Below are positions 11,301 to 20,195 of a stretch of 64,000 nt of DNA, piece by piece. The stretch covers positions 807,006 through 871,005 of the forward strand of contig CBDHHA010000008.1 of NCBI GenBank assembly GCA_965263255.1. Direction: 5' to 3'. Source of the DNA: Bryobacterales bacterium. GTDB lineage: Bacteria > Acidobacteriota > Terriglobia > Bryobacterales > UBA6623. The position numbers were made by a program, and so were the translations under genes. Below the pieces are notes generated by a model, which worked only from the letters and a program-made list of their open reading frames with translations, was not told the DNA's origin and did not search any database. Every line of letters begins with the position of its first letter. The first letter of the stretch is position 1.

Positions 11301-11793
11301 GCTCGAGCACTTCCGGAAGGCATTGGCAATCGACCCGGACCTGCCGTATGCCTTGGTGAACGCGGCCCAGGCGAACACGCGGGCCGGCAATGTGAACGAG
11401 GCGGAGCGGCTTCTGATGCGGGCATTGGAGATCGATCCAGCGGATGCGGAGGCGGCGAACAAGCTGGGGCTCGTCCTGGCGAGGCAGGGGCGCCTCAGCG
11501 AGGCCAGGGCGAGGTTCCAGCAGGCGATCGAGAGCAAGCGCGACCATGCGGAGGCGATCAACAACCTCGCGGTATCGTATGTGCAGGCCCGGCAGCTGCG
11601 CGATGCGATCGCCGCCTTCCGGTACGGCATCGAGCAAGCGCCGGACTTCGAGTCCTTCTACATGAACCTCGCGCGAGTCTACGCCGACCTGGGCGAGTAC
11701 TCCAGGTCGCGGGACGTTCTGGAGAGCCTGCTGGCTCGGAATCCGGCCCACGGCCAGGCGAGGCGGGCGCTGATGCAGATCCAAGGGCGATAG
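8308..11793 (+). CDS. FG-GAP/VCBS repeat + ASPIC/UnbV (CRTAC1-like) + TPR protein, Tat signal
   Basis: GRRGFLG Tat motif; repeated DxDGDGxxDLY; SNRDAIGAIVRV...SGYISQHTKRLHFGLG; C-terminal TPRs; SD GGAGGAG. Confidence 0.88.
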   Translation: MTRLGRRGFLGSLAAGSAFRQSPLTWADEVPARLGQWMPCSDLRALVDPANDGFRAEQQAMQVESILSRLLDDGSLPLSSNFDGPSPMPREYVREGPVRLARYPNPGEGFSEGMLRWVRSLDDVRRAEFHALPGDVVRFEIASGAPAGLEYRVGHWRMRWDEGLLDHFEPLDETVAAAPAPLFADATAELFGALPSFRDQLSKGIPYWRSRLDSAAGVGVYGNQGIAVGDIDGDGWDELYVCQPSGLPNRLYSRQENGAWLDVTPGSGVDVLDDTSQALFLDLRNIGRQDLVVLTTAGPLLFLNDGSGRFRHRDDAFHFRTDAQGTFAGMAAADYDRDGRVDLYLCSYLYFQSQDQYRYPVPYHDARNGPPNFLFRNALDADGGGRFEDVTDEAGLGQNNDRYSFAAAWCDYDEDGWPELYVANDFGRNNLYKYRDGRFRDIAEEAGVADVGPGMSAAWFDFDGDGRLDLYVTNMWTAAGQRVANDPAFGPSGAGVASSEYRGHTKGNSLYRNRGDGTFDYAGSEQGVEMGRWSWAGDGFDFDLDGVPEILVTAGMITHDPGKDLCSFFWRQVVSNSPADAAPAPAYEEGWNCLNQLVREDYSWNGDEPNVFLARHGGKYRDLSGVSGLDRALDSRAFAVTDFEGDGRLDLFLKSRLGPQVLAFRNQSTRGREPLVLELEGTRSNRDAIGAIVRVETEEGVSAQVLSGGSGYISQHTKRLHFGLGSRAAARRVTILWPASGRQQFEGLEAGFRYRIREGNGRFTRVRLDAGPQTRSQSGTVSPDNRLVFEPTWFLDAVPLPLSAEDGFLVIADGEVPGLPPDVPHKVIDLSQGTADQVAAFSIFRRYLFDYRAELKLPLVLLVGLQGRALRVYPSVPDEAVLRRDLGAVRGPTDLARLALPFPGRFHGGAGRQHFRMGFAFMKAGFPKLAVPYLREAALGSRDGFKAWLAYGQAELQIGNLREAERALRIAQERNAESAEVWNNLGGLAMARDDYRGALEHFRKALAIDPDLPYALVNAAQANTRAGNVNEAERLLMRALEIDPADAEAANKLGLVLARQGRLSEARARFQQAIESKRDHAEAINNLAVSYVQARQLRDAIAAFRYGIEQAPDFESFYMNLARVYADLGEYSRSRDVLESLLARNPAHGQARRALMQIQGR

Positions 11794-12095
11794 AGGGGTG
11801 ACCCGTTGGACTTCATGCGGCTCCGCAGCGCTGCCCCGCGCCCTCAGGAATCGAATTGCCTGCGGTATGCCGTATCATGCACTTGCAGGAGGTTTGCCAT
11901 CCACGACCCGCCTACACGCCGCCGGAATGCGCGCCTTCCCATTGCGTTGCCACCGAGAGCGGTCCCCTGCGACAGGTTTGGAACCGTCCACCTAGGGAGT
12001 ACCGTCGGACAAATGGATGGGCGAACGGTCATGGCAATTCGTTCCGATTCCATCCCGGCCACGGATCGCTCTGCCTGCCAGGAGACAAGCTCTCC

Positions 12096-12986
12096 ATGAG
12101 AGGTGACTCGTTCTCCAGTCGGAGGTTCTGTGCGTGGTCGTTCGGCTTGGCACTGCTGGGCCTGCACGCATGCGCGCCTGTCGAGGAGGCGCTGAAGTCC
12201 AAGACCTGGACAAACAGCGTGGGCATGGAGTTCGTCCGCGTGCCGGCTGGCGATTTCCGCATGGGATCGGACACCGAGACGGCGCATTTGAACGAGGGTC
12301 CGGTAACGGCGGTGAGAATCGACCGGGCGTTCTACATGGGCCGGTACGAGGTCACGCAGGGCCAGTGGGAGGCGGTCATGGGCAGCAACCCGTCGCGCTT
12401 CCGCCACTGCGGGACGGACTGCCCCGTCGAGTCTGTTTCCTGGCATGACATCAAGGAGTTCCTCGGAAAGCTCAACGAGGCCGAATCCGGCGGCGGATAC
12501 GAGTACCGGCTGCCGACTGAGGCCGAGTGGGAGTATGCGGCCCGGGGAGGGACTCAGTCTGACACCGTCCTTGGCGATCTGACCGTGCTTGGTCGGCGGA
12601 ATGCTCCATTGCTGGACACGATTGCATGGTACAGCGGCAACAGCGGCACCGACTATCAGGGAGCTGCGGACTGTTCGAGCTGGGACGAGTCCCAGAATGC
12701 CTACGAGCGGTGCGGGCCCCATCCGGTCGGGGGGAAAGCCGCCAACCCCTACGGGCTGCATGACATGCTAGGGAACGTTTGGGAGTGGGTGGAGGATCGC
12801 TACGCCGAGTATCCCGGCGGGAGCGTGCACGACCCTGTCGGGCCCGAGACCGGCCTGTACCGCGTGAGGCGGGGTGGAGCCTGGAACGGCGCTGCCGTCC
12901 AGTGCCGCGCTCCGTTTCGGATGGGATACCTGCCTGAGGAGCGGAAACGGAACCTTGGGTTCCGGATTTTGCGGACTGATGATTGA
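12096..12986 (+). CDS. FGE-sulfatase (SUMF1) domain protein, probable lipoprotein, likely non-catalytic
   Basis: NSVGMEFVRVPAGDFRMGS, YRLPTEAEWEYAARGG, GLHDMLGNVWEW, RGGAW, LGFR; lipobox-like LHAC. Confidence 0.88.
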   Translation: MRGDSFSSRRFCAWSFGLALLGLHACAPVEEALKSKTWTNSVGMEFVRVPAGDFRMGSDTETAHLNEGPVTAVRIDRAFYMGRYEVTQGQWEAVMGSNPSRFRHCGTDCPVESVSWHDIKEFLGKLNEAESGGGYEYRLPTEAEWEYAARGGTQSDTVLGDLTVLGRRNAPLLDTIAWYSGNSGTDYQGAADCSSWDESQNAYERCGPHPVGGKAANPYGLHDMLGNVWEWVEDRYAEYPGGSVHDPVGPETGLYRVRRGGAWNGAAVQCRAPFRMGYLPEERKRNLGFRILRTDD

Positions 12987-13135
12987 GTGCGCCGGCGCGG
13001 CGAAGGGCTCCCCGTCGGCAGGGCTGCAACCGGGAGAATCCGATTCGCCCTTGCAAGTCAATAGCGGGTAGCGGGCGGGTGCGGCTCGGAAGACGGGCCC
13101 GAGCGGGATCGCCGCTGGCGGCCCTTGGCGTCGAC

Positions 13136-14833
13136 CTAGTTCCGGACAACGTCGACGTGCCAGGCACCAACCTTCCGCCCGTCAGTCTCCAGGGTGGCCT
13201 CGAAGGCGCCGTCGCCGGTCTGCAGGGTGATCCCTTCGAACCGGACCCGCTCGGCTCCCTCTTCCACTGGCAGTGTCTCCTCCGTCGTTCCGAAGGCGAT
13301 CCGCGCGGTACCCGCTTTCCGTGCGGCCCTCGCGAACGTGACGGTGATTGTGTACGGCCCCTGGGACGCTGACTGGACCAGCCAGCGACCGGCGACGGAT
13401 TGGTCGCGGCCCCATCCATCGGTCGTCATCATTCGCCAGTCCTGCCTCGTCAGCGTGACGTGCGGCTGGGCGTCGCTGCCAATCGCGAACCGGACAGCGT
13501 CGTAGCCTCGGGTCGACGATACGTCCTCCAGCCATGTGTCGTAGGCTGCTCGCAGGCGCTCCACCACCTCCGGATGCTCCCCGGATAGGTCGGTTTCCTC
13601 GCCTGGGTCCGCGAGAACGTCGTACAGTTCGATTGCGGCGTCCGGAGGGGCGGGCTCGCGGAAGCTCAAGGGCTGCACAAGCTTGAACCGCTGCTCGACC
13701 GCGGCGAATGCTCGGCGCGGCTGCGGCTCGTTCCCGCGATGCGCTTGGGTGAAGTAGGTCCGCGCTGGCAGCGCGTCAACCGCTCCTTCCCACAGCGGCA
13801 GCAGGTTGATTCCGTCGAATCGGACCGCGTCCGGCGCCGGCGCCCCCGTGGCTGCCAGGAGGGTGGGCGCGATATCGATGTGGGCCCCCATCTGGTCGGT
13901 TTCGCCAGGGGTCAGCCGGTCCGGCCACCGGACTAGGAACGGCACGCGGATCCCGCCCTCGTACACGGTCGCCTTCTGCGCCCGCAAGCCGGCGTGGTAG
14001 AGCCTCGTCGTGGGGCCGTTGTCGGTCATGAAGATGAAGACCGTGTTGGCGGCCAGCCCCTGCGACTCCAGATGGTCGAGGAGCTTGCCCACGTTGTCGT
14101 CGATGTTCGTGATCATTCCGTAGATCCGGGCGTCCTTGTCCGAGAGCCCTTGCTCTGCGTAGGGCAGGCGGTAGGAATCGGGAACCAGGTACGGCGAATG
14201 CGGTGCGTTGGTCGGAATGTACGCGAAGAACGGCTGCTCGCCGCCTTCCCCGATCCACCGGATCGCCTCGTCGAAGTACACGTCGGTGCAGTACCCGGAG
14301 TACTGCTGCTGCGAGCCGTTGTGGAATAGGACCGGGTCGAAGTAGTCCGAGCCGGGAGGGTCGGACGGCTGCCCGATCCCGCCGCCCTTGTGCACGACCG
14401 ATTCCTGGAACCCTTGATCGACCGTCCGTAACGGATAGTTGTCCCCGAGGTGCCACTTGCCGAAGATTCCGGTCCGGTATCCGGCCTCTCCGAGCATCTC
14501 GGCTATCGTGACCTCGGACGGGTCCATCATGGCGCGCCCCAGATAGGTGTCGACCACCCCGGTCCGATAGTTGTAGCGTCCCGTCATCAGGGCGGCCCGG
14601 GTCGGGGCGCATACCGGGGACACATAGAAGCGCGTCATCTCAACGCTCTCGCCCGCCAGCGCGTCCAGCCGAGGGGTCCTGAGGACAGGGTCGCCGTGGA
14701 ATCCGACCTGCGCCCAGCCCTGATCGTCGGTCATGATCAGGATCACGTTGGGCCTGCCGGCGGGAGTCTCGCCGGGGGTCCCGCACGTGGCGAGCAGGAC
14801 CGTCAGGATTGAGAGCGGAATAAGTCTCGGCAT
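13136..14833 (-). CDS. arylsulfatase (S1, Cys-type), lipoprotein
   Basis: PNVILIMTDDQG, CAPTRAALMTGR, GKWHLG, YEGGIRVP; lipobox LATC. Confidence 0.93.
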   Translation of the reverse strand: MPRLIPLSILTVLLATCGTPGETPAGRPNVILIMTDDQGWAQVGFHGDPVLRTPRLDALAGESVEMTRFYVSPVCAPTRAALMTGRYNYRTGVVDTYLGRAMMDPSEVTIAEMLGEAGYRTGIFGKWHLGDNYPLRTVDQGFQESVVHKGGGIGQPSDPPGSDYFDPVLFHNGSQQQYSGYCTDVYFDEAIRWIGEGGEQPFFAYIPTNAPHSPYLVPDSYRLPYAEQGLSDKDARIYGMITNIDDNVGKLLDHLESQGLAANTVFIFMTDNGPTTRLYHAGLRAQKATVYEGGIRVPFLVRWPDRLTPGETDQMGAHIDIAPTLLAATGAPAPDAVRFDGINLLPLWEGAVDALPARTYFTQAHRGNEPQPRRAFAAVEQRFKLVQPLSFREPAPPDAAIELYDVLADPGEETDLSGEHPEVVERLRAAYDTWLEDVSSTRGYDAVRFAIGSDAQPHVTLTRQDWRMMTTDGWGRDQSVAGRWLVQSASQGPYTITVTFARAARKAGTARIAFGTTEETLPVEEGAERVRFEGITLQTGDGAFEATLETDGRKVGAWHVDVVRN

Positions 14834-14961
14834 TTCACTTCACAGGCTGACCGAAGGCCCGGCACGGAGTCAAGGAAGGATCCGCGCAGGCGGCCGGCCG
14901 ACCGATCCGATGTGGCGGGACGGTGCCGTCCGCTCGCTGCGGTTGGAGGGCGGGAGTGCCC

Positions 14962-15795
14962 TTACTTCCAGGTCACCTCCATCGCGAAGAAGTGGTCGAA
15001 CACTTCGCGATCGGGATGGTTGTTCTCGTTCTTCTCGGGGCTGCGGATATAGAAGTCGAGCTGCTGGAGGGCTGGATTGACCGCCCCGGCCTCCGAGGCC
15101 TTGCCTTCCAGCGGGTACCGGGCAACGAGGTCGCGGCCCCTCATTCCCTGGGTCACCATGAAGTGGATCTCGTAGTCCTGGTAGAGCGGCTCGCCGTTGA
15201 GAGTCGCCGATCCGATGCCCCAGCCGGCCACGTAGAGCAGGCTTTTCGGCCAGTTGGCGTCGCCGCAGCCGGAATCTCCGTGCTCGAACAGGTATGCCGC
15301 TATCCCGCCGTCCTGGCAGGGCGAGAACTGCTTGATCTCCTCCAGATCGATCACGTACCTGCCCTCCGGAAGATCAAGCTCGGCCCGGAACGTGCCGGTG
15401 TTTTCGATTTCGTTCACGTCGATTTCCGCCGTGCCGCCGACCGCCCTCAAGTTCGAGCCGTCGTTGCCCATGTGGTCCCACGGGCTCTCGTCGTCCAGCG
15501 TGCCGACCTGGTGGATCCGGGCTCCCGAAATGACGAACCGGCCGTCGTAGAGGTCGTGCTGGTCCGGCGCGTACAGGCTCATCGCGGCTCCGGGCTGCGT
15601 CCTCGGGCCTCGTTCCGGCGGGACCTCCGAGTTGTCCGATTCCGGGCGCGCGCAGCCCGCTACGAGGACGGAGAGAATCAGGACGGACGCCGCCGCCAGC
15701 AGCCGAGCGCCGGAGCCACTAGCGGCAATCCAGAGGCTGGGTGCGGGGCGGTCCGGCTCGAACTGATTGTGACGGTGCGCGTCGGTGTTCTTCAT
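14962..15795 (-). CDS. hypothetical lipoprotein
   Basis: Hydrophobic stretch ending LVAGC; extended -10 (TGnTAGGCT) 7 nt before ATG. Confidence 0.7.
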   Translation of the reverse strand: MKNTDAHRHNQFEPDRPAPSLWIAASGSGARLLAAASVLILSVLVAGCARPESDNSEVPPERGPRTQPGAAMSLYAPDQHDLYDGRFVISGARIHQVGTLDDESPWDHMGNDGSNLRAVGGTAEIDVNEIENTGTFRAELDLPEGRYVIDLEEIKQFSPCQDGGIAAYLFEHGDSGCGDANWPKSLLYVAGWGIGSATLNGEPLYQDYEIHFMVTQGMRGRDLVARYPLEGKASEAGAVNPALQQLDFYIRSPEKNENNHPDREVFDHFFAMEVTWK

Positions 15796-16070
15796 GGCTG
15801 TCAGCCTACCATCGCGTTTGGATCTCGACAGGTGCGAGCGTTCGGCCCCGCGAGGATCCGGGCGGAGCGCCCGCCACGCCCGATGGCGGACTGGGGACCC
15901 GCGCCTGGCAATGCAATTGTGCCGCTGGCCGCGCCCGCCGGGTCCGCGTCGACCGTCGGGGAAGTCGATTCTGGGATTGCCGCTCGGTGCCCGGGATGGA
16001 CGTCGGCAACGCTGGCGTGTGAAGATTGAACGTTCCGGGTTCTCCTAGCGGATGCGATCCGCCCGGCTCC

Positions 16071-16886
16071 ATGTCGCTAGTCCATCCTTCGGCGCGGATC
16101 GCCCCGACCGCCCGCATCGCTCCGTCGGCCCGCATCGGGCCGGAGTCGGTGGTTGGTGACTTCTCGATCATCGAGGACGATGTCGTCGTCGGAGCCCGCT
16201 GCCGGATCGAGCCGTTCGTCCTGGTAAAGCGATGGACGACGCTCGGCACTGACAACGAGCTGTCTTCGGGTGTCGTCCTGGGAAGCGACCCGCTCGACAA
16301 GTCATTCCAGGGAAACCGGTCCTATCTTCGGATCGGCGACCGCAACAGAATCCGCGAGCACTTCACGATCTCTCGCGGAACCGAGGCCGAGTCGGCGACG
16401 GTCATTGGCGACGACAATTTCATCATGACGTCGGGCCATATCGCGCACAACTGCCGGATCGGGAACGGCACCGTGATTGCCAGCACGACGCTGGTCGCGG
16501 GATATGTTGAGATCGAGGACAGGGCCTTCGTGTCCGGCGGGATAGGCATCCAGCAGTTCTCGCGGATCGGCGAGCTGGCAATGGTCGGCGGCATGACGCG
16601 GGTAAACCAGGACGTGACGCCGTACCTGACGCACGTGGGCCCGATGATGGCCGTTCACGGCCCGAACCTCGTAGGCCTGCGGCGAGCCGGTCTCGGCAGT
16701 GAGGAGATCGAGCGCATCCGGCGGGCCTACCGCATCGTGTTCCGGTCCGGATTACCGCTAGACGTCGCACTCGCCAGGGTCGAGGAAGAAGTCGACGGGC
16801 CGCACGCCAAGCACATGGTAGAGTTCATCCGGGCTTCCGAGCGGGGCGTCTGCCTGCGGAAGGGTCGGGAGAAGGAGGATAACTGA
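16071..16886 (+). CDS. lpxA: acyl-ACP--UDP-N-acetylglucosamine O-acyltransferase-like (divergent LpxA)
   Basis: Hexapeptide repeats, IREHFTISRGT, HIAHNC, NLVGLRRAG C-terminal helical domain. Confidence 0.8.
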   Translation: MSLVHPSARIAPTARIAPSARIGPESVVGDFSIIEDDVVVGARCRIEPFVLVKRWTTLGTDNELSSGVVLGSDPLDKSFQGNRSYLRIGDRNRIREHFTISRGTEAESATVIGDDNFIMTSGHIAHNCRIGNGTVIASTTLVAGYVEIEDRAFVSGGIGIQQFSRIGELAMVGGMTRVNQDVTPYLTHVGPMMAVHGPNLVGLRRAGLGSEEIERIRRAYRIVFRSGLPLDVALARVEEEVDGPHAKHMVEFIRASERGVCLRKGREKEDN

Positions 16887-17255
16887 ATGTTCAACGGAAT
16901 CGAACACACCGCGATCGCAACGCCCGATCCGGAAGCCTTGGCCGGATGGTACGAGCGGATGCTTGAGATGCCGATCGTCCACCGCTACGGCGGGAATGTC
17001 TTCGTGAGGGCCAATGACGGTTCGATGCTCGAACTCATCCCTTCCGAAGGGGATGCGGTCGGCACGGAAATGCGCACGCCGGGAATCCGGCATCTCGCCG
17101 TCAAGGTCGACGACTTCGACGAGGGCGTCAAGGACCTCCAGTCCAAGGGAATCGAGATCGTCCAGTTTGTCGAGGCCGGGCCGAACCGCCTGGCGTTCTT
17201 CCTGGACCCGGAAGGCAACATCCTCCATCTGATCCACCGCAGCGAGCCGATCTAG
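16887..17255 (+). CDS. VOC/glyoxalase family protein
   Basis: IEHTAI, MLELI, IRHLAVKVDD, FFLDPEGNILHL; ATG directly follows the lpxA stop. Confidence 0.88.
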   Translation: MFNGIEHTAIATPDPEALAGWYERMLEMPIVHRYGGNVFVRANDGSMLELIPSEGDAVGTEMRTPGIRHLAVKVDDFDEGVKDLQSKGIEIVQFVEAGPNRLAFFLDPEGNILHLIHRSEPI

Positions 17256-17417
17256 CCTGCCCCGGCTCAGGCCTGTCCCTCCCGCACGGCGCCACCGGGA
17301 GCGCGTGCATGGTCTCGTTTCGCGGGAGACTGCGGTGCTGCTACCTGCCGGCAGTACGTCAGGGCGCAGCGTCGCACGCAGTTGCCGTGCCGGCGGTGCC
17401 TGGGCGCCCGCCCGGCC

Positions 17418-18635
17418 CTACCAGTTCGTTACCGACCCGTCCGGTCGCGCGAGCATTGGAATCGGTCGGGAGCGCTCGGTGACCTCCAGCACCAGGTCCG
17501 CTTGGCTCGCGTCGAACTCAACCCCCAGGCCGGCCCTTTCGTTCGGCCACAGCTTGCCGTTGCGGAAGTCGTAGTGGACGGGTAGGTGTGCATGGGTCTT
17601 GGCTCCAGGGCCAGTCATTTCCATCGTCACGGGCCCAGGCAGGGCCACGGCGCAGTGCACGAGCGCCGCTTCGGAGACCGGTCCTGTGAAGTGCGGGATC
17701 AGACCGATGTAGTGAGTCTCGCAGAGAGCGGCGAGCTTCATGAACTCGGTGATTCCCCCGCAGTTCGGAATTGTGACTCGCGAGTAGTCGAAGAGCCGGT
17801 TCTCGATCAGCACGTTGGCATCCCAGCGGTCGCCGTAGTGCTCGCCGACCGCGATCGGCACCTTCACCAAGGGCCTCAGCGTGCGGTAGACCTCGGGGTT
17901 CTCGGACCGCACGAGATCCTCGCAGAACATCGGCCGTAACGGCTCCAGCAGGGCGGACAGCCGAACCGCGTCAGGAAGGTCGAACCGGGTGTGGTAGTCG
18001 ATCGCCCAGTCGCCCTCTTCCCCGACTCCTTCCCGGATCTGCTTGCACATCTCGAACGTGTCGTCGACCGCCTTGCGGTGATGGTAGGGCCCCTCCAGCC
18101 CGGCTCCCGCCCCGCCGGTGCGGAATGCACGGAATCCTGCCTCGATGCAGGCGCGGGCGGTGTCCCGAAGCGACCCCTGATTGGGGAACCCAGTCGAGTA
18201 GCACTCGACGTACTCTCGCGTTAGGCCGCCGAGCAGCTGCCACACCGGCACGCCGAGCGCCTTGGCTTTGATGTCCCACAAGGCGAGGTCGATCGCCCCC
18301 AATGCGTGGATTTTCTCCCGGCCCGGCGGGTAGAAGTAGCCACGGTACATCACCTGCCAGAGGTGCTCGGTCCGGAATGGGTTCTCTCCGATGATCATCG
18401 CCCCGAGCTGCTCGACGGTGTCGCGGGAGCCGCCCTCGCCGATTCCAGTGATTCCGGCGTCCGTCTCGACCGTCACGATATGGCCGCTCTGGTTGAAGAT
18501 CGGGCGCGAGTCGGATACCCGGTAGTAGCGAACGCGCGTCACCTTGGCCGCCGGAAGCGCCGCGCGTGCGCGCGGCGCCGAGACCGCGACGGCCGGGCCG
18601 AGGATCGAAGATTGCAGCAGCTGGCGTCGATTCAT
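17418..18635 (-). CDS. mandelate racemase / galactonate dehydratase-like enolase superfamily enzyme with Tat signal
   Basis: MNRRQLL Tat-like; TDAGITGIGE, AIDLALWDIKAKALGVPVWQLLGG, metal ligands D(YHTR), E(DLV), GE. Confidence 0.88.
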   Translation of the reverse strand: MNRRQLLQSSILGPAVAVSAPRARAALPAAKVTRVRYYRVSDSRPIFNQSGHIVTVETDAGITGIGEGGSRDTVEQLGAMIIGENPFRTEHLWQVMYRGYFYPPGREKIHALGAIDLALWDIKAKALGVPVWQLLGGLTREYVECYSTGFPNQGSLRDTARACIEAGFRAFRTGGAGAGLEGPYHHRKAVDDTFEMCKQIREGVGEEGDWAIDYHTRFDLPDAVRLSALLEPLRPMFCEDLVRSENPEVYRTLRPLVKVPIAVGEHYGDRWDANVLIENRLFDYSRVTIPNCGGITEFMKLAALCETHYIGLIPHFTGPVSEAALVHCAVALPGPVTMEMTGPGAKTHAHLPVHYDFRNGKLWPNERAGLGVEFDASQADLVLEVTERSRPIPMLARPDGSVTNW

Positions 18636-18776
18636 GTTGCCCGGGATTATACGAGACCGGGCTGCCGGCTGGCCGCGGGTCTGCGGATTTCCGGGCTCGC
18701 GCATGTATTGCACGCTGGGACAGGGAGGTGGCCAGCGTGTGCAGGATTGGCCGGGAATCGCGCTATTCTGGCTGGC

Positions 18777-19853
18777 GTGCGGTACGCCTGCGTCCTGTCT
18801 CTCGCCCTCGCGGGCTGCGTAACCGAGCCGCCCGTCCCTCGGTACGTGGTCGAGAATGCCGAGAGCGTTGATGAGTCAAGGACCCAGCTGATCGTCCTTC
18901 GCGATGAAGAGGGTGGCATCGAGGCGGCCGTCGCGCCAGAGAGGGGCGGGGAACTCAGCGGCTTGCGCGTCCTGTACCGCGGCGAGTGGCTCGAAACGCT
19001 CCAACTGGCCCGCGACTACGCGCCAAGAGAGGGTTTCGGCGGCAAGGGGCCGTTCCTATGGCCGGCCACGGGGCGCAACTTTCCGGCGGACCTGATGGAG
19101 CGTCGCCGGGCCGGCGAGCGCTTCGACGGTGGCGCCTACGAGCATGATGGAATCTGGCGCGACATGCCGATCCACGGCTTCGCGCGCGACCTGCCATGGA
19201 AGGTCGAGGAGTCCGGCGCCGACGGGTCGGGAGCGCGGGCCGTCCTGAGCCTCGAGGACACCCCGGGGACGCGGGAGATGTACCCGTTCGGTTTCCGCTG
19301 CAGCGTCGAGTACCGGATCCGGGACGGCGCCTTGGAGTTGGGCTACTCGATCCGGGCGTCCGAGGGCAATGCCGAGGCGATGTTCTTCTCGATCGGCAAT
19401 CACATCACATTCGTGGCTCCGCTCGTCCCGGGAAGCGATCCCGCTGCAATGGTGCTCACCAGTCCGGCCACGAAGGAGATCCTCAAGACGGATTACGGGA
19501 TTCCGACAGGAGAGACGCGACCGCTTTCCTATGCGGACGGGTTCCGGCTGGGTGACTATCCCGCCCTGACTGCGACTTCCCTGACCGGCTATCCCCAAGG
19601 CCAGGATCCGTACGTCGAGTACAGCGATCCTGCCGGGCTGACAATTCGGATTGCGCATCGCGCGAGTGAGATCCCCGACGATCCTGTCATTCTTTTCAAC
19701 GTCTGGGGTGATGTCCATAGCGGGTTCTTCAGCCCCGAGCCTTGGGTCGGGCTTCAGAACTCCCTTGTCCAGAGGCAAGGACTGGTCTATCTGGAACCGG
19801 GTGAGGAGTTCCATTGGGACGTCCAGGTCGAGTACAGTCAGGCCGTGGGGTAG
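18777..19853 (+). CDS. aldose 1-epimerase / galactose mutarotase-like lipoprotein
   Basis: Lipobox LAGC; PIHGFARD, YPFGF, GNH, SPEPW. GTG start 7 nt after TATTCT. Confidence 0.82.
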   Translation: MRYACVLSLALAGCVTEPPVPRYVVENAESVDESRTQLIVLRDEEGGIEAAVAPERGGELSGLRVLYRGEWLETLQLARDYAPREGFGGKGPFLWPATGRNFPADLMERRRAGERFDGGAYEHDGIWRDMPIHGFARDLPWKVEESGADGSGARAVLSLEDTPGTREMYPFGFRCSVEYRIRDGALELGYSIRASEGNAEAMFFSIGNHITFVAPLVPGSDPAAMVLTSPATKEILKTDYGIPTGETRPLSYADGFRLGDYPALTATSLTGYPQGQDPYVEYSDPAGLTIRIAHRASEIPDDPVILFNVWGDVHSGFFSPEPWVGLQNSLVQRQGLVYLEPGEEFHWDVQVEYSQAVG

Positions 19854-20195
19854 GCTGGTTCGGGTCGAGGGGCCCCTTCGTCACTGTCCCTGAGCGTGCT
19901 CCCGGCTCGTGGCCGCCGCGGTAGGTCGCACCTGTAGGCTGCCGGGGCATCTGGGGCTGCACTCTCGGTTCTGCGGCGGCGGCACCGACACGGAGCGACG
20001 GGAATCGCGATGCGGCGGTCCGCGTAGACCTTTGGTCAAGCATCTGCGGATCTCGCCCTGGCGGCTCTAGATGGCGCTGGGACCGGCTTCCGGGCCGGCC
20101 CACCGCTGCTGCTTCCGGCGGGCCAGATACCGTGGTTCGCCCTGTCGTTGCAAGCGAGCAGGTGGGCTGGAATAAGATGGGGGTATAGGTGCCTG

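Noticed and set aside
12096-12986. FGE/CLec-fold gene as a diversity-generating retroelement target
   Set aside because: No reverse transcriptase and no near-duplicate template repeat were seen in the window.
12096-14833. FGE-domain gene next to an arylsulfatase as its maturation enzyme
   Set aside because: It lacks the catalytic CxxxxC after RGG, is convergently oriented, and looks like a lipoprotein.
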